Origin: an uncultured archaeon
Lineage (GTDB): Archaea > Iainarchaeota > Iainarchaeia > Iainarchaeales > Iainarchaeaceae
DNA length: 64,000 bases
Direction: 5' to 3'
NCBI GenBank assembly: GCA_964577555.1
Contig: CAZNZM010000006.1
Coordinates: 4,093 to 68,092, forward strand
The translations under genes and the position numbers were made by a program. The notes below the pieces were generated by a model. That model did no database searches, had not been told where the DNA came from, and saw nothing but the letters and a program-made list of their open reading frames with translations. Position 1 is the first letter of the stretch, and each line of letters starts with the position of its first letter. Below, piece by piece: positions 19,176-29,574 of the stretch.

Positions 19176-20258
19176 TTATTTAAAATCCAAAATGCTTTTT
19201 TGTTTTTCTGGCGCTGATAACCCAGATATTCCGATTCCAAATCTTCTTGCAACAAAACCTGGTTTTTCCGAAAAAAATTCTTCTATCAAATTTTTGGAAA
19301 CTTTGATTATATCTTCGCTTTTTTGTGATGCTTTTTCAATTGTTTTACTTCTTGTGAAAGATTCCAGTTTGTTTGAAATAATGGTAATTGAAATTGTTTT
19401 GAAAGTTTTTCTCAATTCAATGCATTTTTTTTCAAGTTCAAAAGAAATTGTTGGCAAATATTCAAAAATTTTTTGAGGGTTTGAAGTATTTTCTTTTAGT
19501 GTAATAATTCTTGAATATTGTTGTTGTTCCTTTTCCTCTACAATGCTGTCATCAATCCCATTGGCTTTTTCATGCAACATTTTTCCTTTTTTTTCCCCAA
19601 AAAGTTCTACAAGTTTTGGCAATTGAGTTTTTGCTAATTGAGTAATTGTTTTTATTCCTTGCTTTTCAAGTTCTTCAACTGTTTTTGGCCCCACTCCTTG
19701 CAAATCTGAAATGCTTTTGGTTCTTAAAAATTCTTGTACATAGCTTGGAATAATAACCGTGAGACCATTAGGTTTTTTTGTTTCTGAAGCCATTTTTGCT
19801 ATCAATTTGTTAGGACCTATTCCAATAGAACAAGTTAATAATTCTTTTTCAAAAACCTCTTTTTTTATTTCCTTGGCAAGTTTTTCCGCATCAACAAAAC
19901 TTCCTTTAACAGACTCTGAAATATCCAAATATGCTTCATCAATGCTTGTTTGTTCAAATTTTTCACCTTTTTGTCTTATTATGTCCATTACTCTGTCTGA
20001 AACTTGTTCATAGTATTGCCTGTCTGCTTTGAGCAAAACCAATTCTTTTGATTTTTGTTTTGCAATGGATATTGGCATACCAGCCTTTATACCCAAAGCC
20101 CTTGCCATGTAATTTGAAGTTGCTATTGCACCTGAAAATTCGCTTCTTCCAGAAAACATGCAAACCGCAATCGGCTTGTTTTTAAGCTCCGGCGACCTTA
20201 TTTCTTCAGCTTGCGCATAAAAATAGTCCAAGTCAATATGCATTATAACTCGTTGCAT
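19176..20258 (-). CDS. dinB: Y-family DNA polymerase IV (DinB/Dpo4)
   Basis: MHIDLDYFYAQAEEIRSPELKNKPIAVC is the ImpB/UmuC catalytic N-terminus, and ...SIGIGPNKLIAKMAS matches the thumb/HhH region. The track ORF extends to 20336, but the start is more likely ATG 20258 (MQRVIMHIDLDYF) or 20243. Confidence 0.85.
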   Translation of the reverse strand: MQRVIMHIDLDYFYAQAEEIRSPELKNKPIAVCMFSGRSEFSGAIATSNYMARALGIKAGMPISIAKQKSKELVLLKADRQYYEQVSDRVMDIIRQKGEKFEQTSIDEAYLDISESVKGSFVDAEKLAKEIKKEVFEKELLTCSIGIGPNKLIAKMASETKKPNGLTVIIPSYVQEFLRTKSISDLQGVGPKTVEELEKQGIKTITQLAKTQLPKLVELFGEKKGKMLHEKANGIDDSIVEEKEQQQYSRIITLKENTSNPQKIFEYLPTISFELEKKCIELRKTFKTISITIISNKLESFTRSKTIEKASQKSEDIIKVSKNLIEEFFSEKPGFVARRFGIGISGLSAPEKQKSILDFK

Positions 20259-20293
20259 GAAATAGTGTTGCTTTAATAGTTTTTTAAATGCAA

Positions 20294-21448
20294 TCAAGTG
20301 AGAATGAATTTTATGGCTTCTGGAAATAGACGCCAAAGTGAAGGAGTTGCCATTGCTTTTTCTAAAAACTTTGAAGGTTTGTCCATGTCGCCATAATTTG
20401 AGAGAAATTCCCCAACATTAGCCTTATTCATTCTTCTTATTAGTTCGTCTATTTGATTTTCGTTTTTATTGTTTATGAATTGCCTTATTTTCCAATGCAA
20501 TATAAGTTCATGGTTTATTTCTGAAAGATATTTTTCATAATTTTCCAAAGGTTCTTTGTCTTTGAAAAATTTGTGAACTGCGTCGCCCGCTATGTTGCCT
20601 GCAAGCATTCCTATTATTATTCCCCCGCCAGTTGTCGCTTTTGTTTGAAACGCGGCATCCCCAACAAGCAAAATATTGTCTTTCACTATTTTTTTTAGAG
20701 GTTCTCCGCATGGAATCAGTTTGCTACACATATCACAAAATTCGCCTGAAATGTTTTTGTCTTTTGTAAAAATATCAAAGTCACGCCTTATGTTTCCAGA
20801 AGTGCTTGCAAGCCCTACACGTGCCTTTTCCTCGTTTTCCGGAACAACCCACGCAAAATAATTTTTTGCATAATCCCCAAAAAAAACTTGCACATAATTC
20901 TTGTCAAAATTGCCTTTTGCCACAACTTGATAGGCATGGACATAATTTTTTATGTCAGTGTTTATTCCGATTATTTTTCTTGTTTTGGAATTCACTCCAT
21001 CTGCACCTACCAAAACCTTGGTTTTAAGAAGCTCTCCCCTGCCTTTGTGTTCAACAAAAACCGTTTCATTTCTAATGTCTATCAATTTGGTTTCAGTCTT
21101 TATTTTCACACCTGATGCAATTGCTCTTGACGCCAAAGCCCTGTCAAATTCACCTCTATTTATTACATAAGCTACTGTTTCGCTTTTCTTCACTTCAAGC
21201 ATTTCCTGTCCAGGAGAAAAAATTCTGGCTCCTCGGATTTTATTCACTAAAGTGTCTTCGACTTCTTTTCTTATTCCAAGTTCACTAACCCCTGAAGCGC
21301 TTATCAATCCAGTACAAGCTACAGGTTCGCCTATTTTTGGATGCTCTTCTATTACTATTGTTTGCCATCCTCTTTCTTGTATCCTTTTTGCAGCCGCAAG
21401 CCCTGCAGGTCCAGCTCCTGCAACACAAACCATTGTTTGTTCAGCCAT
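20294..21448 (-). CDS. geranylgeranyl reductase family FAD-dependent oxidoreductase (digeranylgeranylglycerophospholipid reductase-like)
   Basis: N-terminal FAD-binding motif VCVAGAGPAGLAAAKRI...VIEEHPKIGEPVACTGLIS and the overall ~385-aa GGR architecture. Confidence 0.85.
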   Translation of the reverse strand: MAEQTMVCVAGAGPAGLAAAKRIQERGWQTIVIEEHPKIGEPVACTGLISASGVSELGIRKEVEDTLVNKIRGARIFSPGQEMLEVKKSETVAYVINRGEFDRALASRAIASGVKIKTETKLIDIRNETVFVEHKGRGELLKTKVLVGADGVNSKTRKIIGINTDIKNYVHAYQVVAKGNFDKNYVQVFFGDYAKNYFAWVVPENEEKARVGLASTSGNIRRDFDIFTKDKNISGEFCDMCSKLIPCGEPLKKIVKDNILLVGDAAFQTKATTGGGIIIGMLAGNIAGDAVHKFFKDKEPLENYEKYLSEINHELILHWKIRQFINNKNENQIDELIRRMNKANVGEFLSNYGDMDKPSKFLEKAMATPSLWRLFPEAIKFILT

Positions 21449-21451
21449 TAT

Positions 21452-21770
21452 TTATTCAAACTGATAAAACTATAAAAATTCAACTATTCCCAGGATTTAA
21501 AAATAAATTTGTTGAAAAACAACGAAATAGTTTTTTTTTGAATTATTTTTTTATTTTGTTTTTTTGTTTTTTTTGTTTTGCAAGCCATTTTTTTTAGTTT
21601 TTTTTTGAATTGTTTTTTTTGTGAGCGTTTTTTTTAGACAATTTTTGTTTTGTTTTATTTTTGGAGTTTTGTTTTTTTGTGAGCCGTTTTTTTGCCATTT
21701 TTTTGTGAACTTGTTTTTTTGTTAACGATTTTTTTGCTTTTAGGGAATATTTTATTTTTTTTATGACATT
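21452..21770. repeat. T-tract-rich modular intergenic repeat region (copy 5)
   Basis: Contains ttgttttgcaagccattttttttagtttttttttgaattgtttttttt (~21570-21625), near-identical to 35960-36015, and gtgagcgttttttttagacaatttttgttt, shared with 5671-5700. Confidence 0.65.
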
Positions 21771-23336
21771 TTAATTTTTCTTGTTTTCTTTATAGCTTTT
21801 TTTGGATATGTTGTTTTTTTCTTGCTTATTATTTAAAGCCGATGTTTTATTTTCTTTTATTTCCGTTTTTTTTCTAAAATCCATTTTTTTGCCTAAAATT
21901 AACGCCCACGCTGTTAAGCATGCAACCAGCACTATTATAAATAACAAAATTTCGTTTGCATAATTTTTTTTCTCTTCATCAATTGAAACATGAACCGAAT
22001 AGTTTTCAGGTTTTGTCTCAACTTCTTGGTTTTTAGTTTCCGTGCTTTCATTAAGTTTCATAACAATTGAATGCTCGTTTGAGTTTCCAGCCATGTCTGT
22101 CGCAATTGCCTTTACTTCAATCAAACCATTTTTTGGCTCAGCCGAAAAATCAAGAGAATAAAAGATGTTTTGGCCGTTTTCTTCAGACTCCACAAATTCC
22201 ATGTTTCCTTTTGAAACGCCGTTTGCAAAAAGTTCAATTTTGTTTAATCCCAATCCAGCATCATAAGCATTTGCAACAACTTTTATTTTTGCCGATTTTT
22301 CTCCGCTTTCTTTAATTGTTCCAAAAATTTTTATGTCCGGTTTTGCTGTATCAAATTCAAAATCCTTTTCGTAAGTACACTCGGTTCCATCAGGTTTTTT
22401 TACAAATAACACTAAGGTTCCTGTTCCATAAGAATTGATTGGAATATTATATTCTGCTTCCGTTTCTTTATTAAAAAACTTGTTTTCAAAAATTTTTTCA
22501 AGCTCTTTTTTTTGCATTGAAATGAAAAGCGTTGAATTTTCCACTGGAACGTCTGAAACAATTTTAAATTTCAAGGTGCCTGTATATGTTGTTTGAGGTG
22601 TTGAGAATTCGATTTTTTCAACACAATTTTTTTTATCGTTCAAGAATTTTTTTATCGGGCTTATTACTCCATAGTTTCCTGCGTTGTCTATTGCTTGTAT
22701 TCGGTAATAATAAGCTATTCCTTGCGTAAGTTTGTCAGTGTCAATGTAATTTGTTTCTTTTACTCCGAAAATTTTTTTTACTCCAATATCAGTTGGACCG
22801 AACTCTTTTTTGTTTATGTATTGCTTGACACTCCTGTAAATATTGTATTCTTTTATCCCTGAAACGTCCTCCGGAGGCTTCCACAATATAAGCACGCCTT
22901 CGTTGTTTTTTGAAAATGTTATATCTTGGACTTGTTCAGGCCCAGTCCTGTCAATCATTAATTTGTATGTTGAAGTCCCAAAACAATTCTTTGTTTCGTT
23001 GCAAGCTTCCAAAATAAAATAATTTTCTCCCTCTGGCAAATTTTCAATTAAAACCGAATTAGTTTTTATGTTTGTCCACTTGTCTTCACCAGGTTTTTCA
23101 GATTTTGATATTTGATAACGGTAATATGTGGCTTCGGTTACCTTGTCCCAATTGAATTTTCCAGCAGTATTTCTGGTCCAAGCGTCTTGAGGGTTGGTAT
23201 CTGAATAAATTTTTATTACAACATTTTCTGCTGTTGCAAAGACAAAAAAAGATTGAAAAATAATAAAACAAAAAAAAGCAATCACTAATTCTTTCCATTT
23301 TCTTGCAAGCATATTACCCAATTTGAAAAGGCACAA
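21771..23336 (-). CDS. surface protein with signal peptide, beta-rich extracellular domains (FN3-like) and C-terminal TM anchor plus basic tail
   Basis: N-terminal hydrophobic signal (IAFFCFIIFQSFFVFATA). C-terminal ...ILLFIIVLVACLTAWALILGKKMDFRKK... Internal beta-strand-rich repeats. Confidence 0.6.
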   Translation of the reverse strand: MCLFKLGNMLARKWKELVIAFFCFIIFQSFFVFATAENVVIKIYSDTNPQDAWTRNTAGKFNWDKVTEATYYRYQISKSEKPGEDKWTNIKTNSVLIENLPEGENYFILEACNETKNCFGTSTYKLMIDRTGPEQVQDITFSKNNEGVLILWKPPEDVSGIKEYNIYRSVKQYINKKEFGPTDIGVKKIFGVKETNYIDTDKLTQGIAYYYRIQAIDNAGNYGVISPIKKFLNDKKNCVEKIEFSTPQTTYTGTLKFKIVSDVPVENSTLFISMQKKELEKIFENKFFNKETEAEYNIPINSYGTGTLVLFVKKPDGTECTYEKDFEFDTAKPDIKIFGTIKESGEKSAKIKVVANAYDAGLGLNKIELFANGVSKGNMEFVESEENGQNIFYSLDFSAEPKNGLIEVKAIATDMAGNSNEHSIVMKLNESTETKNQEVETKPENYSVHVSIDEEKKNYANEILLFIIVLVACLTAWALILGKKMDFRKKTEIKENKTSALNNKQEKNNISKKSYKENKKN

Positions 23337-23408
23337 AACCCTTTTAAATGAATAATCTGAAAAAAAATCGTTTCAATAGTGGAATCCTGGATTTTCAATT
23401 TAAAAATT

Positions 23409-24131
23409 TTAATTCCTTTTTACAAGATACTTTTTTAACCCATTTTCTGCTTTTTCAAGCCTTTCGAAAGTATCTGTTGTAAACCAATAACCTTTATGCA
23501 TATACGCTGCAAGTTTCCTTTCCATTGCCAAGGAAGGGAAAGCATTTTTTTCAATCAAACTAAAGCCTTTAGGAATATAATTCAAAACCTCTTTTTCAAG
23601 CAAATATGCCCCGGCATTCACCCAATTGCTAGGCGCGTTTTCTTTTAACGGTTTTTCAACAAATTCTGCTATTTTTTTTCCTTCAAGTTTTACCACTCCA
23701 TAACTTGAAACGTCTTCGACTTGTACCAAGGCTATCGTGGCTTTTGCCTTCTCTTCAAAATGAGTTTTGTGCATTTCAATGAAGTCAAAATTTGCAATAT
23801 TGTCCCCATTAATCATTATGAATCTGTCATCCAAAATTTTTTCCGCGCTTTTCAAGGCTCCACCGGTTCCAAGCGGTTCATTCTCCACCGAATAAATTAT
23901 TTTGACATTGAATTGTTCGCCGTTGCCGAAATAATCCTCTATTTTTCCATGCAAATAACCCGTAGCCAAAATAATTTCTTTCACTCCGTTATTTGCAAGC
24001 AATTCAATATTGTATTCCAATATTGGCTTCCCACAAACATTGACAAGAGGTTTTGGCAAATTGTTTGTCAAAGGCTTTAACCTTTCCCCGCGCCCCCCAG
24101 CCAAAACAAAAGCCTGCATTATTTTTTTCAT
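23409..24131 (-). CDS. sugar-1-phosphate nucleotidyltransferase (HddC / mannose-1-P guanylyltransferase-like short form)
   Basis: N-terminal G-rich loop AFVLAGGRGERLKPLTNNLPKPLV. The ~240-aa single-domain NTP_transferase fold has the right size and type for a heptose-1-P guanylyltransferase. Confidence 0.75.
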   Translation of the reverse strand: MKKIMQAFVLAGGRGERLKPLTNNLPKPLVNVCGKPILEYNIELLANNGVKEIILATGYLHGKIEDYFGNGEQFNVKIIYSVENEPLGTGGALKSAEKILDDRFIMINGDNIANFDFIEMHKTHFEEKAKATIALVQVEDVSSYGVVKLEGKKIAEFVEKPLKENAPSNWVNAGAYLLEKEVLNYIPKGFSLIEKNAFPSLAMERKLAAYMHKGYWFTTDTFERLEKAENGLKKYLVKRN

Positions 24132-24373
24132 ATAAATCTGCTAACAAGATTTATTTTTTTTTCAAATACGACAAAATATAAAAAATATAAAACTCTTTCA
24201 ATACTACTGCTCAAACAAAAAATAATTTTTCCACGCATTTATTTATTGCTTCTACTTTACTTAATAAAAACTTATTGAAAAACCATTTCCCATCACACCA
24301 ATCCATTTATATAAACCAACTAAACTCATTATTTAATTGAAAGCATTTTTTTTCTATTTCAAAGGTCTTTCAA

Positions 24374-25657
24374 ATGAAAATTTCTATTATAGGCACCGGT
24401 TATGTGGGGCTTGTTGCAGGAGCCTGTTTTGCCGATTTAGGCAACAAAGTTATTTGCGTTGACATAGACTATGAAAAAATCAAATCACTGCAAAACGGCA
24501 TTATGCCTATTTTTGAACCAGGCCTTGAAGAAATGGTTAAAAGAAACGTTTCTGAAAACAGGCTTTCGTTTACAACCAACCTTTCAGAAGCAGTTAAACA
24601 ATCTGAAATAGTATTTATTGCAGTAGGCACGCCTGAAAAAGGAGACGGCAGCGTTGACATGCAATATGTTATCAAAGCCGCTGAGGAAATCGGAAAGGCG
24701 GCCAATGGTCCTTTAATTGTTGTTGATAAAAGTACAGTACCTGTTGGCACTTCAACCCAAGTAGAACAAATAATAAGTAAAAACACAAAGCACAAAGTTT
24801 CAGTTGTCTCTAACCCGGAATTTTTAAGAGAAGGCTCCGCTATAAATGATTTTTTCAAGCCAGACAGAATAATAATAGGTTCAAAAGATGAAAAAGCCGC
24901 AAAAACAATTTCAGAACTCTACAAGCCATTGGACACTGAAATGCTCATTACAACCCCAGAAAGCGCCGAATTAATAAAATACGCTTCAAATTCATTTCTT
25001 GCTACAAAAATTTCTTTCATAAACGAAATTGCAGCTATTTGCGAAATAGTAGGGGCTGATGTAACAGAAGTAGCAAAAGGAATGGGGCTTGACAAAAGAA
25101 TAGGAAAACATTTCCTCAACGCAGGCGCAGGTTATGGCGGATCGTGTTTTCCAAAAGATGTAAGCGCACTTAAAAAAACCGCGGAAAAACTCGGTTACAA
25201 CTTCAAAATACTTGAAGCAGTAGAAACGGTAAATGAAAATCAAAAAAAATTGCCTGTAAAAAAACTGAAAAAAGAAATACCTGATTTGAAAGGCAAAAAA
25301 ATAACGATTTTTGGGTTGGCATTCAAGCCAAACACCGATGATATGCGAGAAGCAAGCTCCATAGTAATAATAAAAGATTTGCTTGCGGAAAAAGCAGAAG
25401 TCGTTGCAGTTGACCCTATAGCCGAAAAAAACGCCAAAAAAATTTTTCAAAACATAACTTTCTCCAAAGACCCTTATACAGCTGCAGAAAACTCCCATGC
25501 AATTATTCTTATAACAGAATGGCGCGAATTTCTCGAATTAGATTACAAAAAAATAAGCCAAAAAATGAAATCCAAAATAATAATTGACGCCAGAAATGCA
25601 CTTGACAAAGAAAAACTAAAATCTTTGGGATTCAAATATATTGGCGTAGGAAGATAA
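24374..25657 (+). CDS. ugd: UDP-glucose 6-dehydrogenase
   Basis: MKISIIGTGYVGLVAGACFADLGNKVICVDID is the NAD-binding Rossmann motif. The catalytic Cys region GGSCFPKD is present. 427 aa. Confidence 0.85.
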   Translation: MKISIIGTGYVGLVAGACFADLGNKVICVDIDYEKIKSLQNGIMPIFEPGLEEMVKRNVSENRLSFTTNLSEAVKQSEIVFIAVGTPEKGDGSVDMQYVIKAAEEIGKAANGPLIVVDKSTVPVGTSTQVEQIISKNTKHKVSVVSNPEFLREGSAINDFFKPDRIIIGSKDEKAAKTISELYKPLDTEMLITTPESAELIKYASNSFLATKISFINEIAAICEIVGADVTEVAKGMGLDKRIGKHFLNAGAGYGGSCFPKDVSALKKTAEKLGYNFKILEAVETVNENQKKLPVKKLKKEIPDLKGKKITIFGLAFKPNTDDMREASSIVIIKDLLAEKAEVVAVDPIAEKNAKKIFQNITFSKDPYTAAENSHAIILITEWREFLELDYKKISQKMKSKIIIDARNALDKEKLKSLGFKYIGVGR

Positions 25658-25658
25658 A

Positions 25659-26402
25659 ATGAAAGCGATTATACTTGCCGCAGGATATGCTACAAGGCTT
25701 TGGCCCCTCACAAAAAACACGCCAAAACCATTGCTTGACATAAAAGGCAAGCCTATAATAGAATACATAATAAATCACATTCTTGAAATTCCGGAAATAA
25801 ATGAAATAATTGTAGTAACAAACGAAAAATTTTCCCTTACATTTGAACAGTGGGCCGATGGCTTCAAATGTAAAATACCAATAACCATAATCAACGACAT
25901 GACTACTTCAAATGACGACCGCTTAGGCGCTGTAGGAGACATGCACTACGCCATCAAAGAAAAAAAAATTGACGAAGAAATACTTGTCATAGCAGGAGAC
26001 AATCTTTTTGAATACAAACTCTCAGGCTTTTACAATTATTACAAAAAAATAAAATTTTCCGCAGTGGCTTGCAGAGACATGGGTTCAAAAGAAGAAGTAG
26101 CCGGAAAATTTGGAATAGTTGAAATAGACCAAAAAGGCAAAATAACAAATTTTGAAGAAAAACCACAAAACCCAAAAACGACACTGGCTTCAACAGCATG
26201 CTACATTTTCACCAAAGAAGACGTAAAAGAGATACAATCGTTCATTGAAGCCGGAAACCCGCCAGACAATTCAGGGGACTTCATAAAATGGCTGTCGCGC
26301 CACAAACCAGTATACGCTTGGATATTCAAAGAAAAATGGTATGACATAGGAACATTCGAAAGCCTTGGAAAGGCAAGAATTGAGTTTTTGCAAAACAGAT
26401 AG
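25659..26402 (+). CDS. sugar-1-phosphate nucleotidyltransferase
   Basis: MKAIILAAGYATRLWPLTKNTPKPLL is the nucleotidyltransferase signature. Starts 2 nt after the ugd stop. Confidence 0.75.
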   Translation: MKAIILAAGYATRLWPLTKNTPKPLLDIKGKPIIEYIINHILEIPEINEIIVVTNEKFSLTFEQWADGFKCKIPITIINDMTTSNDDRLGAVGDMHYAIKEKKIDEEILVIAGDNLFEYKLSGFYNYYKKIKFSAVACRDMGSKEEVAGKFGIVEIDQKGKITNFEEKPQNPKTTLASTACYIFTKEDVKEIQSFIEAGNPPDNSGDFIKWLSRHKPVYAWIFKEKWYDIGTFESLGKARIEFLQNR

Positions 26403-26414
26403 AGAGTTGGTGGC

Positions 26415-27113
26415 TTGAAAAGCATCTCGATAATTATTCCAGCATACAACGAAGAAAAGAGGATAAGTTCCACATTGAATAGTTATCTGGAATTTTTGTC
26501 GCCAAAAAAAATCAAATATGAAATAATTGTTGTAGCAAACAATTGCTCTGACAAAACAGTTGAAATTGCTAAAAAATTTCAAAAGAAAAACAAAAACGTG
26601 AAAGTAATGGATTTGCCATATTATACTGGCAAAGGTGGCGCGGTTATTGAAGGCTTTAAAAAAGCCAAAAACGAAATAATATGCTTTGCCGATGCCGACA
26701 ATTCGACAAAACCAAGCCAAATATTAATGCTTGCAACAATGATTGGAAAATATGACGCGGTCATAGGTTCAAGAGCCATGCCGGACTCAAAAATAATTAA
26801 TCCACAACCAATGTTCAGGGTTTTTCTTGGCAAATGCTTCAGCATACTTACTAACACTTTGTTTGGTTTTGGCATAATAGACACGCAATGCGGAGCAAAA
26901 GCATTTTCAAAAAAAGCAGTTAATCTCATATTGCAACACAAAATTTCAAAAGGCTTTGAGTTTGACGTTCAAATTCTTTGGATTATGAAAAAAGCAGGTC
27001 TTCAAATGATTGAAAAAGGAATCGAATGGGAAAATAATCCAGATTCCAAAGTGGGATTTTTAGACCCATTAAAGATGTTTTTCAGCATTATAAAACTCAG
27101 ATTAGGCTTGTGA
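26415..27113 (+). CDS. GT2 glycosyltransferase (dolichyl-phosphate hexosyltransferase-like)
   Basis: IIIPAYNEEKRI...DAD motif (CFADADNS). 232-aa GT-A fold. Confidence 0.8.
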   Translation: MKSISIIIPAYNEEKRISSTLNSYLEFLSPKKIKYEIIVVANNCSDKTVEIAKKFQKKNKNVKVMDLPYYTGKGGAVIEGFKKAKNEIICFADADNSTKPSQILMLATMIGKYDAVIGSRAMPDSKIINPQPMFRVFLGKCFSILTNTLFGFGIIDTQCGAKAFSKKAVNLILQHKISKGFEFDVQILWIMKKAGLQMIEKGIEWENNPDSKVGFLDPLKMFFSIIKLRLGL

Positions 27114-27149
27114 TTCCAATTAAAAATTCTATTTTTCCTTATTGATTAA

Positions 27150-27806
27150 ATGCAAAAAAAACAAGTTGATATAGATTACTCGTATTTTGACGCAGATTTT
27201 CATGACGACATGCTTAAATCAAAAAACCCTGTCAGAAAATGGTTTCACACCAATAAAAACAAAATTCTTTCAGAAACCGTAATGAAATATTACAAAAACG
27301 GAGATAAAATAGTTGATTTGGGTTGTGGCACAGTAAATTGGAATTTGCATAAACTCCCTGTTTATGGTGTTGACTTGAATTTGAAAATGCTTCAAAAAGC
27401 AAAAAAAGCAGGAAAGCTTTATGCATATTCTTGTTCTCCTGTGGAAAAGACAATTTTTGACGACAATTCAGTAAATATTGTTGTTATTTCTGAAGTGCTT
27501 GAACACTTGGAAAATTATCGAGAAGCCATAAAAGAAATAAAAAGGATACTTGTAAAAGGCGGTGTTTGCATTTCAACCGTGCCTTACGACACTTTTTTTA
27601 GCATGTGGAAACCGCTATTTGCATTACAATGCTTTGTCCATGGAACCATGCTTGGCAACGAATATTTCAAAAACGAAGCAGGGCATATAAACCATTTTTC
27701 ACCCAAATCAATAGCTAACGTTTTTCAATCCGAAGGTTTTGAAATAATTTCGCAATTTGACATGTCAAGATTCACAATTTTCACTGTTGCGAGGAAGATA
27801 ACTTGA
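27150..27806 (+). CDS. class I SAM-dependent methyltransferase
   Basis: Motif I IVDLGCGTV and the post-I/II region VVISEVLEHLENYREAIKEIKRILVKGG. Confidence 0.7.
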   Translation: MQKKQVDIDYSYFDADFHDDMLKSKNPVRKWFHTNKNKILSETVMKYYKNGDKIVDLGCGTVNWNLHKLPVYGVDLNLKMLQKAKKAGKLYAYSCSPVEKTIFDDNSVNIVVISEVLEHLENYREAIKEIKRILVKGGVCISTVPYDTFFSMWKPLFALQCFVHGTMLGNEYFKNEAGHINHFSPKSIANVFQSEGFEIISQFDMSRFTIFTVARKIT

Positions 27807-29407
27807 ACAACTTTATAGAAAAACTATTTTTTGGCTTCATTATATGGTGTTCTCTTATAATTTGCATAAGTCTTTTTATTGGTCAATTCTCTTTAATGCC
27901 AATCATAGTAATCCCGATTTCTGGAATTATTTCTTATTTTTTACTAAAAAAATTCCCAATACACGTAAAATTCTCCTTTCTTGCTCTGTTTTTTTCTTTC
28001 ATAATGTTTTTACTAGTAGCCTATCCATTAATTTTTATTCATCCTTATTTTCCAGCAAGTTCTGATGTACTTCACGTAACAAACACCAGAATATTAAACG
28101 ACAAAATTCCATTTACATACGCACCATATTCAGACATAAGATTCACATACCAAATAGGCTTTGCACTTTTATCAAATGCATTCGCCGAAGTGCTTGGCTT
28201 TATTCCAGATTATTTGATAATATGGTTTTTAGGAGTCTTGTTTTCTGCTTCAATAATATTATTGGTTTATGTTTATGTAAAAGAAATCAGCAACAACGAA
28301 CAAGTGGCTTTGCTTTCAGTTGTGCTTGTCTTTGGCTCTAAATTCGTTTTTCAGAATTTTTATTACGGGGTTTTTCCATTTGTAACGAGTTTTGCCATGA
28401 TGTTTGCAACACTGCTTTTTTTCGAGAAAAAAAATCCTTTAACTTTTCTTTTTTTTCCAACAACCTTGATTTTGCACCCTTTTACCGGAACAATATTAAC
28501 ATTTTTTTTAGTTCTAAAATTTTTCTTTTTTCCAGACAGAAAATTCAGTTTTTTTGCATTATTATCCGGCTTGGTAGCTTTTCCAGCATTTTTAAGAACT
28601 TATGCTGTTGTTTTTTCAAATGCACCAAGTCAATTGTTGCATTTCAACATTAACGAATCTATGAGAGTTGTTTCCACCTTGCCATTTTGGTTAGGCCCAA
28701 TCCCTCTTTTGTTCTTTATTTTATCAGCAATATTTGCAATTAAAAAAAATTGGAAAAACCTGCTATTTGTTTATTCGATTATGCTTTTTATTGGCTTTAT
28801 TTTATTTTCAGGATTAAGTTTGCAACACAATGACAAATTTTTTATACTTTTCAGCATATTTGCAGTGCTTTACTCCGGCTTTTTCTTTTCAACTTCCGAG
28901 TGGAACAATTTTTACAACTCCAGCCTTAAAAAAATTCCTTTTTTGGCAATTATTTTTTTGATTTTTGCAATTTCTCTCGCAACGTTTTTTCTTTCTGGAG
29001 ATTTGGCTAATGCAAGGTCTGGTTCAAAAGCCACTATATCAGAATTCCAGTTTGCCAAAAAGTTTTACGAATTTGACCCACAACTTTCAACCGCTGTCAT
29101 AGTCTCCAAAGGCGCAGGATGGATTGCCGCTATTTCAAATAAAATACCTTATGACGCCCGTTCAAATCATTTTATACCAGATTCAGAAATACAAGTAGCT
29201 CAAAATGATGCTTGGAACGAAGTAATAAAAAGAAATTCAATACAGAAAAAAATACAAGAAGGTTGCATAAAATGCATTGCAGAAACAAACGCAAAATATC
29301 TTGTTGTCAATCGCTCCCAATACGATTTAGCTTTGCCTTACAAACCGATTTTTGAATACAACGAATTTTCGGTTTTTTTAATTTCTGATTTAACAAGCCA
29401 AACGTGA
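27803..29407 (+). CDS. polytopic membrane protein, possible GT-C-fold glycosyltransferase
   Basis: 534 aa with more than 10 TM helices and a C-terminal soluble domain. Located inside the glycosylation cluster and overlaps the methyltransferase stop. Confidence 0.45.
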   Translation: MNNFIEKLFFGFIIWCSLIICISLFIGQFSLMPIIVIPISGIISYFLLKKFPIHVKFSFLALFFSFIMFLLVAYPLIFIHPYFPASSDVLHVTNTRILNDKIPFTYAPYSDIRFTYQIGFALLSNAFAEVLGFIPDYLIIWFLGVLFSASIILLVYVYVKEISNNEQVALLSVVLVFGSKFVFQNFYYGVFPFVTSFAMMFATLLFFEKKNPLTFLFFPTTLILHPFTGTILTFFLVLKFFFFPDRKFSFFALLSGLVAFPAFLRTYAVVFSNAPSQLLHFNINESMRVVSTLPFWLGPIPLLFFILSAIFAIKKNWKNLLFVYSIMLFIGFILFSGLSLQHNDKFFILFSIFAVLYSGFFFSTSEWNNFYNSSLKKIPFLAIIFLIFAISLATFFLSGDLANARSGSKATISEFQFAKKFYEFDPQLSTAVIVSKGAGWIAAISNKIPYDARSNHFIPDSEIQVAQNDAWNEVIKRNSIQKKIQEGCIKCIAETNAKYLVVNRSQYDLALPYKPIFEYNEFSVFLISDLTSQT

Positions 29408-29574
29408 ATCAAGCATATGCCAAAAATTCAATTCAAATAATTGGTGGTTGACAATATAATATAAACATTCAAAAAAATTTTGCAAATGCTCTTTTTGATA
29501 ACCAAACCAAAACAATGTTTTTTTGTTTGCCTTTTATGGTAATATTTTTATTATGATAAAATGGTGTTATTAAC

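Noticed and set aside
20259-20336. N-terminal extension of dinB overlapping the geranylgeranyl reductase 3' end
   Set aside because: The conserved Y-family N-terminus (MHIDLDYFYAQ) begins at internal Met codons. The extension would overlap the upstream gene by 43 nt and is not conserved-looking.
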